A stretch of DNA of 64,000 nucleotides from Nemertoderma westbladi (lineage: Eukaryota > Animalia > Xenacoelomorpha), in contig JAUCBJ010006005.1 in the NCBI GenBank assembly GCA_032718475.1, positions 1 to 64,000 on the forward strand, in the 5' to 3' direction. The notes beneath the pieces were generated by a model. The model saw only the letters and a list, made by a program, of their open reading frames with translations, made no database searches and had not been told where the DNA came from. Both the position numbers and the translations under genes were made by a program. How positions within the stretch are numbered: position 1 is the first letter of the stretch; each line of letters opens with the position of its first letter. Positions 52,079 through 64,000 of the stretch are shown piece after piece.

Positions 52079-53536
52079 GTCTGCGAAAGGTCGTTGGGGA
52101 GAAGGCAACACGGGGAACTGTTGATTAACAACTGTGGGATACCGCGTCTGCACACTAGATGGAGCCACATAGGGTGTAGTTGGTGGGCCGGGTCGTATAA
52201 CGTCGTACTTCTGGCCCACGTTGTGTTGGGAGGAGCCGGAGTTTAACGCATATTGAGAAGATGGAACTACTTTGGAATAATCCGGTTGCTCTGGGATGCC
52301 GTTGGCATTGGTCGTCGGCGGTAGAACCAAGGAAGGATTGAGAGGGAATTGGACCGAACTGTCAGGGTGTGCTTGGTAAGGAACATGCCTTGAAGGAGTA
52401 TAGGAACCAGTGGAATAGGGGGGTGACAACACCGATTTAGGTGGCGCAGAAGAACTTGAAGGCGCTGCCGCGATGACAGAAGATGCATCGAATCCCGTGG
52501 TGATTTGCCGAGACGACGCTGTCTGCCTTGACGGATATTCAATACCGGTAGTTAAACCGAGGCTAATATCATTGCGATTGCCATCCCCAGGGGTAGAGTA
52601 GGATGCAGGATAATGCGTCCGAGAAGGCAAACTTACATTTGTGTGGACTACGTTTGATTGGGAACTCAAGGAATTATGATTGGGTACACCCTTACTGGAT
52701 GCCCCAACTTGGGTTGGCGGAGCGCTGACTGGGAATACATTACTGGGGGTCGTATAAGACACCGCGGTACCACTCGAATAGGAATTGGGTGGGAATACGT
52801 TTCTGACGGGTTTATTGAGAGCGACGCCATCGTTTATTTGTGGACTACCTCGACCGTGAGATGATACCGGTGCAATACCGCGGTTCGTATTCACTGCCTG
52901 AACATTGCCGGGATGCACCTGCCCATTATCGGGTAATGGTGCCGGAGAAATATATTGTACACGTTGATGTTGAGCCATAGCAGAACGATTTTGATCTTGA
53001 GGTCGATTGATAACATCATGAGATGCATAGTGACGTACAGAATTGTAATCGACGCGATGACTTTGCTCAACTCGAGTTGCAGTTTCATTAGGCAACGTAT
53101 TATGGCTATTCACAGGTGTTGTATTGTTATCATGAACATTACGACTAATTGGAGTTGTTGGGGATGGAATATGGCGCATGTTATGATCAGCTTGAGATGT
53201 GGATGACGATAAATGCCCAATATGTGGAGCAATTTGGGATACTAAATTATCTCCACGGACTGAGGAAGTCGGTCCATTTTGACCACTCGTAGATGTTGAG
53301 GTATTAGGCGGGATAGATCGTCCAGTAGGCATATCTGGCGCGATAAAACGCGAACTGGGATTAATTTGAGGTCCAGGTATCATAGTAGAACCAGTTGATG
53401 TTGCGGAACCCTTTTGCTGGATATTATGCTGACTATTAGGAGGAGTTGAAGTGAAATTGCCTCGATTTGGAGGAATGTTCCGAACAGGGGGGGAAGGATA
53501 AACGGGATTATCCCATTGTCCTCGTGCAGGATACAT
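52079..53536 (-). CDS. SEC24: SEC24A/B-like gene, coding exon 1: 486-codon Pro/Ser/Asn/Gln-rich low-complexity N-terminus (MYPARGQWDN...PQRPFAD)
   Basis: ATG at 53536 inside ORF 52004..53602. Donor GAC|GTGAGT at 52079/52078, phase 0, matches the next exon. Composition fits a disordered Sec24 N-terminus. A possible acceptor (tgtcag|) at 53606/53605 implies an upstream non-coding exon. The start codon and the link to SEC24 are inferred. Confidence 0.75.
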
Positions 53537-54252
53537 CACAGGCCGACAAGAGCAGCCGAAGGCCGAGAAGTCAGATATTAAAATTGTATTGCGATAGAAC
53601 ACAGCCTGACAGCATATATAAGTACTAGTGAATGCTATGCTGTCTACTTCACTGTTTTAACGGTATATACTTGATAACTGCCAAATCAAGGTTCAGAGGA
53701 TTTATTACTGTATTATGATATTACTGCTATGATACCGGTATGCTGGTATGTTTAATAAGGCTACATGGCACTAGGTACCGCAGTATGATGCTTATGGTAG
53801 GAGCCTACCGTTAGCGTTTCTTCAATTACCGTAGAAATCAAATTAAATTAATTATTAAACCGATAGGATGTACTTATTGTCACGATACCGTAACTATCTA
53901 CTGAAACGGAACTATCAACAGATCAACTGTAGGCCTAACTGCCTAATCAGTAATCATTGATAAAAACTTAAAGAAAAAAGTTGACAATTGTTACAGTAAC
54001 AGTAGCCTACAATGCTACAAATGTACAGCAGAAGTACAATTCTACATACAGACATATTTCTAAAATTACCGTACCGGTAGGCCTAGTCCTAAATATAAAT
54101 TGCACACAACACACTAAAATTCTAACTTACTGTATAAAACCAATATATGTTAACATTAGACTGTTAGACAGTTAGAGGGTCCTACGAATTACTGAATTAG
54201 GCAAAATAATCACAAAATACCACAAAAAGGCTAAACTATTACCGGTACCTAC

Positions 54253-54562
54253 TAGGGCTCGATCGGAGCTCCGGCCTCCGGCTCCGGCCATTTTGGCACC
54301 TCCGGCTCCTGCTCCGGCTCCGGTAAAAATATTGCCGGAGTTAATTTTTTAATAAAGTATTATATTTCGTGCATATTCTAATCTGAACAATTATTTACAC
54401 TATAAGTACTGTCAGACTGTAGTACAGCTTCAATATCCAGCAGTCCAGCATACTGGCATAATACTGCAGTATTTATTAGGCCTGCTTAAAGTCAATGACT
54501 GACTGACTGTTGACTGTACTGCAGTACCAGTACTGGTACTGGCCAGCTGGCTGACTAGCAGA
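54253..54562 (-). mobile_element. hAT-like MITE terminal fragment (TAGGGCTCGATCGGAG...), an inverted copy of the right end of 57818-58656
   Basis: Reverse-complement match to about 58380-58656, with CTCCGG subterminal repeats. Confidence 0.8.
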
Positions 54563-55013
54563 CAGTCGGTGAGAAGTCAAAAATTGGACTTGAGTCCAAA
54601 ATTGGACTTCGACTCCAGTTCAAGTCCAAAATTGGACTTATGTGAGTCTAATATTGGACTTCAAATCAGCCAATTGTTCCAGGGCCTTGGGTAATTGGAT
54701 CGGGCGGGATTTTTTTTTTTTAATCGAAAATATATCAAAAAATAAGAGTTTTGAACAGGGGGACCTGAAATTCACCAGGGGGAACTATTTTTATAAGGCT
54801 TTGAATTTTTACAAAAGTCCAATATTGGACTTTAAGTCCAATTTTGGACGCGACATTGAGAATCAAACTTAAATGTACATGATGCATAACAGATGAGAGA
54901 CAACCAGACAGCTATTAAGTTATGGAAAGTTACCTTTGCAGCTCTGTATGTACTGACTGATGTATCTTCAGTGTACTGTACTTAGAATATTTACATTCAT
55001 GTTATGTCTAACC

Positions 55014-56951
55014 TAGGGCTCAACAGAAGCTTCGGCTTCGGTTCGGTTCGGGCCGAAGTTTGGCAATTTCGGTTCGGTTCGGCTTCTGCAATTGATACTG
55101 CAGAAGCCAGGAGCAAACTTTGCTAATTATTCCAAGTATTATATTGACTGATTGAGCTAAGACCAGAAGACAGTAAGACTAATCAATCTGTCCATCGTTG
55201 TACTAATTAATTTTGGGGTGCAAACGTTAAGCAGACACTGGTGCAGAGCAGACAGTAGGTACAGACAGTGGTGCAGACAGTGGTGCAGACAGTGATGCAG
55301 ACAGTGGTGCAGACACCTGGTGCAACAGCGGTGCAGTCGTGCAGCCACTGGTGCAGACAGTGGTGCAGACAGTTGTGCAGGCTTTGATACAGGCAGTGGT
55401 GCAGACAGTGGTGCAGACACTGGTGCAGACACTGGTGCAGACAGTGTTGCAGACAGTGGTGCAGACACCTGGTGCAGACAGTGGTGTAGACAGTGGTGCA
55501 GACACTGGTGCAGACAGTGGTTCAGACACTGGTGCAGACAGTGGTGCAGACAGTGGTGCAGCCAGTGGTGCAGACAGTGGTGCAGCCAGTGGTGCAGACA
55601 GTGGTGCAGATACTGGTGCAGACACTGGCAGACTGGTGCAGACAGTAAAGGCTGAAAGGGGCGAGCAGGTTAGTAAAGGAGCAGTTTAGTAAAGGAGCAG
55701 GTTTCAGAGGAGTATTGGGGGAACCAAAACAATAAACGTTATTGTTTTGGAGGCTAAGAATACCCAAGGGCCAAGAATACTCGCAGGCTAAGAATACTCG
55801 CGGACTAACAATTCCTGAGACCTTACTGTAGTTAGTCTGCACTGTCTGCACCACTGTCTGACTGTCTGCACCAGTGTCTGCACCACTGTCTGCACCAGTG
55901 TCTGCACCACTTTCTGCACCAGTCTGCACCACTGTCTGCATCACTGTCTGCACCACTGTCTGCACCAGTGTCTGCACCACTGTCTGCACCAGTGTCTGCA
56001 CCACTTTCTGCACCAGTCTGCACCACTGTCTGCACCAGTGTCTGCATCACTGTCTGTACCAGTGTCTGCCGCACCACTGTCTGCACCACTGTCTGCACCA
56101 GTGTCTGCACCACTGTCTGCACCAGTGTCTGAACCACTGTCTGCACGCTGCACCACTGTCTGACTGTCTGCATCACTGTCTGCACCACTGTCTGCTGTCA
56201 GCACCACTGTCTGCACCAGTGCCTGCACCACTGTCTGCACGCTGCACCACTGTCTGCACCACAGTCTGCACCACTGTCCGCACCAGGTGTCTGCACCACT
56301 GTCTGCACTGCACCACTGTCTGCTTAACGTTTACACCCTTAATTTTGGACTGAACTTCCATTTAAATGGCATTATTTTTTTAATTGTTTTCAGTTTACTT
56401 GGGTAGTTTCAAAATTAGCTTAATTATACAGTAGTTTAGGTTAGGCTAAATAGGCCTATTGCCATTTTACTTTGTAGTACCCATTTATTAATTAATCATA
56501 ACTTTGATATTGATACATAATACCAAATACAGAAATATACCTACTACCTCATACTGTCATATAAATAGTACTACCTGTACTTTTAGTGAGGTTTTCTAAA
56601 TTTTATGTCCCTACTGTACGGCTTACTACGGATGAAAATGTGGTGCATACAGTAGCAGTAAGTATACAGTAGTTTAGGTTAGTAATGCTGTACAGTAATG
56701 TAAATATTGTCATTTTATTTTGTAGTACTTATTTTTTTAATTAATCATAGCTTTCTTGCTAAGTCAGCACACCAAATAGGTACCAGTCTGCCACTGCCAG
56801 TCAGCCAGTATAGTGACGTAAAGACGAATTTATGACCATAACTTGCTAACTTTCTGAACTTCGGTTCGGATTCGGTTCGGTTCGGCCCGAAGTTGGCCCT
56901 GCTTCGGTTCGGTTCGGTTCGGCACCATAAAGTGCCTTCTGTTGAACCCTA
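55014..56951. mobile_element. hAT-like MITE (TAGGG...CCCTA), 8-bp TSD GTCTAACC
   Basis: TIR TAGGG(C/T)TCAACAGAAG and (TTCGG)n subterminal repeats. TSD at 55006-55013 and 56952-56959. The empty site is visible in the paralogous segment at about 63410-63425. Confidence 0.93.
55216..56338. mobile_element. Foldback (Mutator-like) element with inverted arms of 12-bp repeats (GGTGCAGACAGT), 9-bp TSD TTAATTTTG
   Basis: GGGTGCAAACGTTAAGCAGACA ... TGTCTGCTTAACGTTTACACCC, with a perfect TSD at 55207-55215 and 56339-56347. Confidence 0.92.
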
Positions 56952-57453
56952 GTCTAACCTTACAGCCTTGTACCAAGGACTTTCAGACTTTAGAGTCTTT
57001 AGGACTAGATTAGATTATGCTCCAAGAAATATTTAATTACAAATTATATTTGGTGGAAACTGGTAGCAATGCCAGGTTTGCCAACTGCAGCTGCTGCTAA
57101 GGCTAACTACAGTACACAGTACAAGCTACGATTTCGTCTAAGCCTATACCTGTATAGGCAGATCAAGATAGGAGCCCTATCAGAAAGAAATACTACAAAG
57201 TTGATGCTACCACCATCTCTTCTAATTTTTCCATACAACAGGAAGGGTATTTTAAAACGGCTGGATCATGAAAGGGGATTAACTGATTAACGTGTTGGCG
57301 TCTCCACATAATAATTACAGAAGTAACACACGTCATAAACCAATTGAGGGAAAGGAACAGGTTACAGAGGCCGGTTTTTCTAACTAAAACAATAAACGGC
57401 CACTTTTGACTTTACCAATTGAAGGAGCCCTATCACCACATACTACTTACTAC

Positions 57454-57800
57454 TAGGGCTCGATCGGAGTTGGGATTTGGCCGGAGCTGGAGCAGGAGCC
57501 GGAGTTAGACAATCTGGCCGGAGCCGGAGCAGGAGCCGGAGTTTTTCAAAAATTTTAAAAATTTAATTATTTATTTAAAAAAAAATAAATTATGGTTATC
57601 GTTCGCCAATCGCTCATAATCAATCATACTGTCTGACTGTAGGTCTAATTAATTTCATAATTTATAGATTTACGAATTTTCAATTTAAAATTTAAGTACC
57701 GGTACCGGTAATTAATTTATCACGGACAGACAGACAGACGGCCTGACGCTGACGGCTAAAAATTACCTACATTACCTAACTGCCTAACTCACTACAGTAG
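57454..57800 (+). mobile_element. hAT-like MITE left-end fragment of the same family as 57818-58656
   Basis: Starts TAGGGCTCGATCGGAGTTGGG and is colinear with 57818-58145. Confidence 0.8.
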
Positions 57801-57817
57801 GGAACATACTAGGCTGC

Positions 57818-58656
57818 TAGGGCTCGATCGGAGTTGGGATTTGGCCGGAGCCGGAGCAGGAGCCGGAGTTGGACAATTTGGCCGGAGCCGGAGCAGGAGC
57901 CGGAGTTTTTTAAAAATTTTAAAAATTTAATTATTTATTAAAAAAAAAATAAAGTATGGGATATCGTTCGCCAATCTGCCAATCGCTCATAATCAATCAT
58001 ACTGCTGTACTGTAGGTCTAATTAATTTCATAATTTATAGATTTACGAATTTTCAATTAAAAATTTAAGTAATTAATTTATCACGGACAGACGGCCTGAC
58101 GCTGACGGCTAAAAATTACCTACAGTACCCAACTCCAACTCACTAACTATCTAACTATGGTAGAGGTGTGTCTGTGTACTGTGACTGTAGGTAGCCTACC
58201 GCTGTACTGTACTGTAGGTAGCCTACCGCTGTACCGCAGTACCGTACGTATAACAGTACTACCTGACTACAGTACATTATGCTGGCATGACAGTCAGTAA
58301 ATGGCTGCAGTGGTACAGCTATACAGTGTACAATCATAGCATTTACAACAATTTTTTACAGTAGGGCCTATCTGTAACAACCTGCTAGTCAGCCAGCTGG
58401 CCAGTACCAGTACTGCAGTACAGTCAGTCAGTCATTGACTAACTGACTAAGTAAATACTGCAGTATTATGCTTGATATTGAAGCTGTACTACAGTACTTA
58501 TAGTGTAAATAATTGTTCAGATTAGAATATGCACGAAATATAATACTTTATTAAAAAATTAACTCCGGCAATATTTTTACCGGAGCCGGAGCAGGAGCCG
58601 GAGGTGCCAAAATGGCCGGAGCCGGAGCCGGAGGCCGGAGCTCCGATCGAGCCCTA
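57818..58656 (+). mobile_element. Complete hAT-like MITE of about 840 bp, TIR TAGGGCTCGATCGGAG
   Basis: 16-bp TIRs. GAACATAC follows the right end and also occurs at 57802-57809, 8 bp before the left TIR. Confidence 0.85.
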
Positions 58657-59904
58657 GAACATACCCTTAAATAAGCTCCAAAAGTGGGTTCTTATTTAAG
58701 GAAAATGGCTCTTATTTAGGGGTTTTTGGGCCTTTTTTGGATATTTTTTCGATATAATATGCAATAACTTGTTTCAGGAAAAAATACCGCATAATTTTAT
58801 TTCACAATGTAAAAGTTGGGTCTTTCTTGAACATAAAGCAAAAAACCAGAAAACATTTCACCGTCCGGTTTTTTTTCTACAAGCATTTTAAAATTGCATC
58901 AAAAATACGACTAGTTCCTAAATAAGGGGGATTTTTTAAATTTACCTTATTTAAGATATCGAAATTGTACACGTAAATACTAAAAGTCCCTAAATAAGAA
59001 CTTTTTGACCTGGGTTTCTTATTTAGGAAGACAATTGTATTCCAAAATCTGCACATCTTAAATAAAATAAATATTCCTTATTCCTTACAGTATGTGTTAC
59101 ACTTCTTTCATAATTCTTTGATTTATGTCAGTCTGTATATTGCTAATTGTTGGGTTAAGGATAAGGACAATGGTTGCACTGCACTCTATAAATCCTCTAT
59201 AGAATATCGTATCATAATGAAGTTGCTAGCACTGGCATTCTTACCTCACACGGTAGCATAGAATAGCCCATTGATATTCAAAAGAATAGCCCATAGCCCA
59301 TCTGAGCGCACATACATTGTCACGTATTTCGATGAAACATGACTCAAATAACTGGACATCGCCGCACAGTTTCGAAAAACTAACTTGTGTCCTGCATTTC
59401 CTCTTCTGCTCCGCGTTACGCCCTTACGCCCCACTTAGATGGATTGTCCACAATGTTGTACTTGAAAGGTGTGAAAAAGGTGAAAAACCAATGTCAATGT
59501 CATGTCAATAGGCACAAAGATGGTTCGGTTGGGCAGCTGATAGACGTTATGAAGGTTAAAGATGATGACTGGATGACGTTTTGGCTCAACTGGCTCAGGC
59601 AGGAGTGGGACACGTTCATGGGACCTTTGCGCAGCATGAAGTGAGCAAAGCCTTAGCTAGCCCTAGCTGATAGGGGCCCCACCCCATTAACATGTTATCT
59701 TTCGTTAGTCAGAGGTCGTTCAACACAATACTCCTCTCCTTAATTTGCCTCATTGCGTTCGTTTAATTTCATCAAGGAATGACCGAGTTATTAGCGATAA
59801 AAAAATTTACAACGATGACAGACAACTCGTTAATAGCACCCATATGCTAAGGCTTCGCTCACTTGAACGTGGCTCTCCCCCCACATTCAATCCGGTTCGA
59901 CGCA

Positions 59905-60420
59905 GTTTGTTGCTCATTGTTGCTCATTGCTACTCGTTGTGCTTTATTATTTCTCATTGTTGCTCGTTGTTGGTCATTGTTGCTCATTGTTGCTTGTTGG
60001 TGCTCATTGTTGCTCGTTAGTTGTACTTTATTATTGCTCGTTGTTGCTCGTTGTACTCTATTATTGCTCGTTGTTGCTCATTATTGCTCATTGTTACTCA
60101 TTGTTGCTCGTTGTTGTACTTTATTATTGCTCGTTCAATCGTTGTTCCTCATTGTTGCTCGTTGTTTCTCGTTGTTGTACTTTATTATTGCTCGTTGTTG
60201 CTGAATATTACTCGTTGTTGCTTGGTCAGTCGTTGTTGCTAATTGTTGATCGTTGTTGTACTTTATTATTGCTCATTGTTGCTCAATATATCTCGTTGTT
60301 GCTCAATATAACTCGTTGTTGCTCGTTCAGTTGTTGTTGCTCATTATTGATCGTTGTTGCTCGTTGTTGTTCTTTATTATTGCTCATTGTTGCTCAGTGT
60401 TTCTCATTGTTGCTCAATCA
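59905..60420. repeat. Degenerate TTG-rich low-complexity repeat (TTGTTGCTC[A/G])
   Basis: Direct inspection. It explains the Leu/Cys-rich ORFs at 59745-60520. Confidence 0.9.
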
Positions 60421-61340
60421 GTCAGGGAGATCATCAATTTTGGGGTTACCCCAAATTTCGAATTCTGGTAATAGACTGTCGAAAATTGGGGTTTTTTGTT
60501 CAAATTTGAGGTATTTTTAGGCTCATAATATCGAGTGTTGCTGCGACTTAGGGAAACTGTTGGAGCAACTTCTACTTTTAATATGTTAAAATATAATGTA
60601 AAATAAGAACTTTTATCGATGCAATAAAATATTTCACCGATGCAAACATGCTTTTATTGGGGGCGAAAATTGAAATTTGAGGTTAAACCTCAAATTTGAG
60701 ACAAAACCTCAAATTTCGCCAGTCTTTACAACATCACCAGCCTGCCAGCAGTAGGGTGTAGCAGTAGGCTTTGCTGCTTAGTGCTTATAGAGCTTGGTGA
60801 GAATGGGTGACCAGTCGACCAGTGTAACCTGTGAAGTATGCAGGGTAGGCTTAACCTTACAGCACAGCAACTTACAGTCAATAACTTTAATGATTGTTAA
60901 CTCCGTTAGTGATTGGTGATAAAAATGCAGAAGACTAGAGAAATTCGCTATCCTTACAGCCTTACTGTTGGTAAGAAGAACAGTAGAACAAATCCTCACT
61001 GTTGCGAGATTCAAGCTCACACAGCTGCACAGTCACAGACTCAGGAAGGCCTACTATATCTTGTAGATGTTGAATCAATTCCAGAATTTGGAAGTTTACA
61101 TATTCTGGCATTCATCGGTTCTGTTCATCATTCATATCACACATCTTCGGAAAAAAAAATGTTTTCTGGTTGTTGATGTCCTCAAAAAACTTTGTATAAA
61201 ACTTTGTATATCAAATGAAGCCATTCCTCTCCTGACAGCCTGATGAAGACTTATGTAATATTCACCTGCCCTAGCTCTATCTGTCAATTGGAATACTGTA
61301 CCATCATTCTTCCACAGGTTGGAGCCCATTTCTAGACAAA

Positions 61341-61862
61341 TGTTGCCGCAAAGGTTGACGTGGTTTATACAATATATGTGGACTTGATTCTTTTGTTAGT
61401 TATTCTATATGACTGGCAACTGGAGACTCTAAAGTTGGAACCACCACCTACTGCAGTATACAATAATACATCAATTAAAGTTCAATTTGATAATGTGCTT
61501 TAAACTTATATGTAAAGATCTAAACCTGATCCTCCATTACTGATTACAACAATGTGCAACATAATATCTCAGCCAGACATCCAATGCAATCATGACCTGG
61601 CCATATATATGTTGCCGCAAAGGTTGACAGGTTGACGTGGTTTATACAATATATGTGGACTTGATTCTTTTGTTAGTTATTCTATACGACTGGAGACTCT
61701 AAAGTTGGAACCACTACCTACTGCAGTATACAACAATTAAAGTTCAATTTGATAATGTGCTTTAAACATATATGTAAAGATCTAAACCTGATCCTCCATT
61801 ACAACAATGTGCAACATCCTTGCAGACTATTTTAAAATCCCAGCCAGACATCCAATGCAATA
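61341..61862. repeat. Two-copy tandem duplication of about 270 bp
   Basis: TGTTGCCGCAAAGGTTGAC...CCAGACATCCAATGCAAT occurs at about 61341-61590 and again at about 61610-61862. Confidence 0.85.
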
Positions 61863-62917
61863 TATATATAAGATATAATAATAATATATAATATATAAGG
61901 CAATATATATAAAATTATGAAGCAAAGGCCATGCCCCGCCCATCTGCCCATGTCTGCATGTTCCATACATCACCTCTTCTTTATCAGGGTCTGGGTCATT
62001 AACATATGGAACATGCTGGACCTGGAACACAGTAGAAACATCATCATCACTAATCGCTATTCTTTTAAACAGTCTTTAGTCTATGCTTGATCTGCTTTCT
62101 TATCAAGACATCTGAAATGTTTTAGAAATCTAATTATAAGTAACTGTTTGTTTATACTATACATACATACATCATTTTAAATTGACCTTATGAGGAACCA
62201 GAATCATTTATAACTTGGGCAAAAAGTATAACCTTTTTCACTAACCGATTCTCGAGGCTTTATCTCATCTCTGGAGAACACCTTGCAGGCACTAAAGTTG
62301 CATTGCAATAGTGTGTAGGGATAGATTTTGCTCAAATTTCAATCAAAAATTTTGAACAACACATTCAATAAAATTTTAGAAATTCCACCAAAAATATTTT
62401 GGCACTTGTGTCAAATCAAATAGGTGACCCTCCTAATCTGCTAATCCTGAAATCACCAGCTAATCCTGAAATTTAGTGCAGCTGATATCAATATTCCTAA
62501 CTCTTGTTTATTGTTTTTTGGTTTTTCTTTCAACTCACCTCTGTAACCTGCTCCTTTGCTAACCCTGTAACCGGGCACTAGTGAAAGTGACTTTAGTTTA
62601 GGTGATTTCAGGATTAGCAGATTAGGAGCTAGAACTTTTTTTACCGGGAGAAAAAGTAAAATCAATGCAAAATTATGGCTCTATGGTACATTATTATGTG
62701 GCAATATTATTCAATATTATTGCAGGTTGCTGTGTTGCCGACTTTGCAAAAGCTGTGCCCAACAAAAAGTTACAAAAAAATCCCTAATTAATTATTTTGC
62801 TTATATTAGTTGATCACGAATCTATTTTCTATTTTGATACTTTTCGACACGCAATAAAATTACAAACTGCATTGTCAATTTGTAGTAATTAATTTAAGTA
62901 GGCCTATTTGTAATTGT

Positions 62918-63889
62918 CAGTCGGTGAGAAGTCAAAAATTGGACTTGAGTCCAAAATTGGACTTCGACTCCAGTTCAAGTCCAAAATTGGACTTCTGTGA
63001 GTCCAATATTGGACTTCAAATCAGCCAATTGTTCCAGGGCCTTGGGTAATTGGATCGGGCGGGATTTTTTTTTTTTAATCGAAAATATATCAAAAAATAA
63101 GAGTTTTGAACAGGGGGACCTGAAATTCACCAGGGGGAACTTTTTTTATAAGGCTTTGAATTTTTACAAAAGTCCAATATTGGACTTTAAGTCCAATTTT
63201 GGACGTGAAATTGAGAATCAAACTTAAAGGTACATGAAGCATGACAGATGAGAGAAAGCCAGACAGCTATTAAGTTATGGAAAGTTACCTTTGCAGCTCT
63301 GTATGTATCTTCAGTGTACTGTACTTAGAATATAGTGGTACATTCTAGCATTTTAGGTACTTTGTACTTTACTTTTAGCATATTGTTTAGTTTACAATTT
63401 ACATTCATGTTATGTCTAACCTTACAGCCTTATGTACCCAGGACTTTAGAGTCTTTAGGACTAGATTAGATTATGCTCCAACAAATATTTAATTACAAAT
63501 TATATTTCGTGGAAACTGGTAGCAATGCCAGGTTTGCCAACTGCAACTGCTGCTAAGGCTAACTACAGTACAAGCTACGATTTCGTCTAAACCTATGGGA
63601 GCCCTATCAGAAAGAAATACTACAAGTTGATGCTACCACCATCTCTTCTAATTTTTCCATACAACAGCAAGGGTATTTTAAAACGGCTGGATGATGAAAG
63701 GGGATTAGTAAACTGATTAACGTGTTGGGGTCTCCACATAATAAGTACAGAAGTAAGAAGTAACACACAACTAATTGAAGGAAAGGAACAGGTTACAGAG
63801 GCAGACTTTTCTAACTAAAACAATAAACGGCCACTTTTGACTTTACCAATTGAAGGAGCCCTTATCACCTCACCACATACTACTACTAC
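62918..63889 (+). repeat. Paralogue of about 1 kb matching 54563-57453 once the 55014-56951 insertion is removed; begins with GTCCAAAATTGGAC palindromic repeats
   Basis: Colinear from CAGTCGGTGAGAAGTC to CACATACTAC with small indels. ORFs 54642 and 62997 are near-identical. Confidence 0.9.
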
Positions 63890-64000
63890 AATCGGCATGC
63901 TGCATTGCAGCTGCATTATATATATAGGCCCTATTAAGAAAATAAGAATGCTGTGCCGGCTTGTTGACAAAAGTGCGCCTCCACAACTCCCTTACACTCT

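Noticed and set aside
55157-56361. Ala/Asp/Ser/Gly- or Cys-rich repeat proteins
   Set aside because: They are translations of the 12-bp arms of a TSD-bounded foldback element.
59745-60520. Leu/Cys-rich membrane-like ORFs
   Set aside because: They come from TTG-rich low-complexity sequence.
59246-61330. Possible decayed transposase or gene fragments (short ORFs at 59246-59644 and 60778-61329)
   Set aside because: No recognisable motif or consistent splice or frame structure. A translated homology search would be needed.

Overview
AT-rich eukaryotic (most likely invertebrate animal) genomic DNA, not prokaryotic. One protein-coding gene is supported: a SEC24A/B-type COPII cargo-adaptor gene on the minus strand. 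It has 11 coding exons from 53536 down to about 5590, all with GT-AG boundaries and matching phases, and its 3' end lies beyond the left edge of the window. The introns are swollen by unrelated satellites (24-, 30-, 44/45- and 63-bp units) and by nested non-autonomous DNA transposons, several with visible target-site duplications. These include Mutator/foldback-like, hAT-like, CACTG/EnSpm-like and IS3EU-like elements. The most unusual observation is the >=5.6 kb array at 1-5606. Its 24-bp unit is a copy of the 3' end of SEC24 exon 11, reads as exactly eight in-frame codons (IVGLLG[R/K]F) and contains a 5' splice site (G|GTAGGT or G|GTAAGT), giving about 230 phase-equivalent donors or possibly a newly born intron. 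Secondary observations are a foldback element with a candidate mini-gene and an inverted centre, and a PWWP-like fragment inside a CACTG element. The long ORFs listed within the satellites are artefacts of repeat periodicity. All family assignments come from recalled motifs, not database searches.
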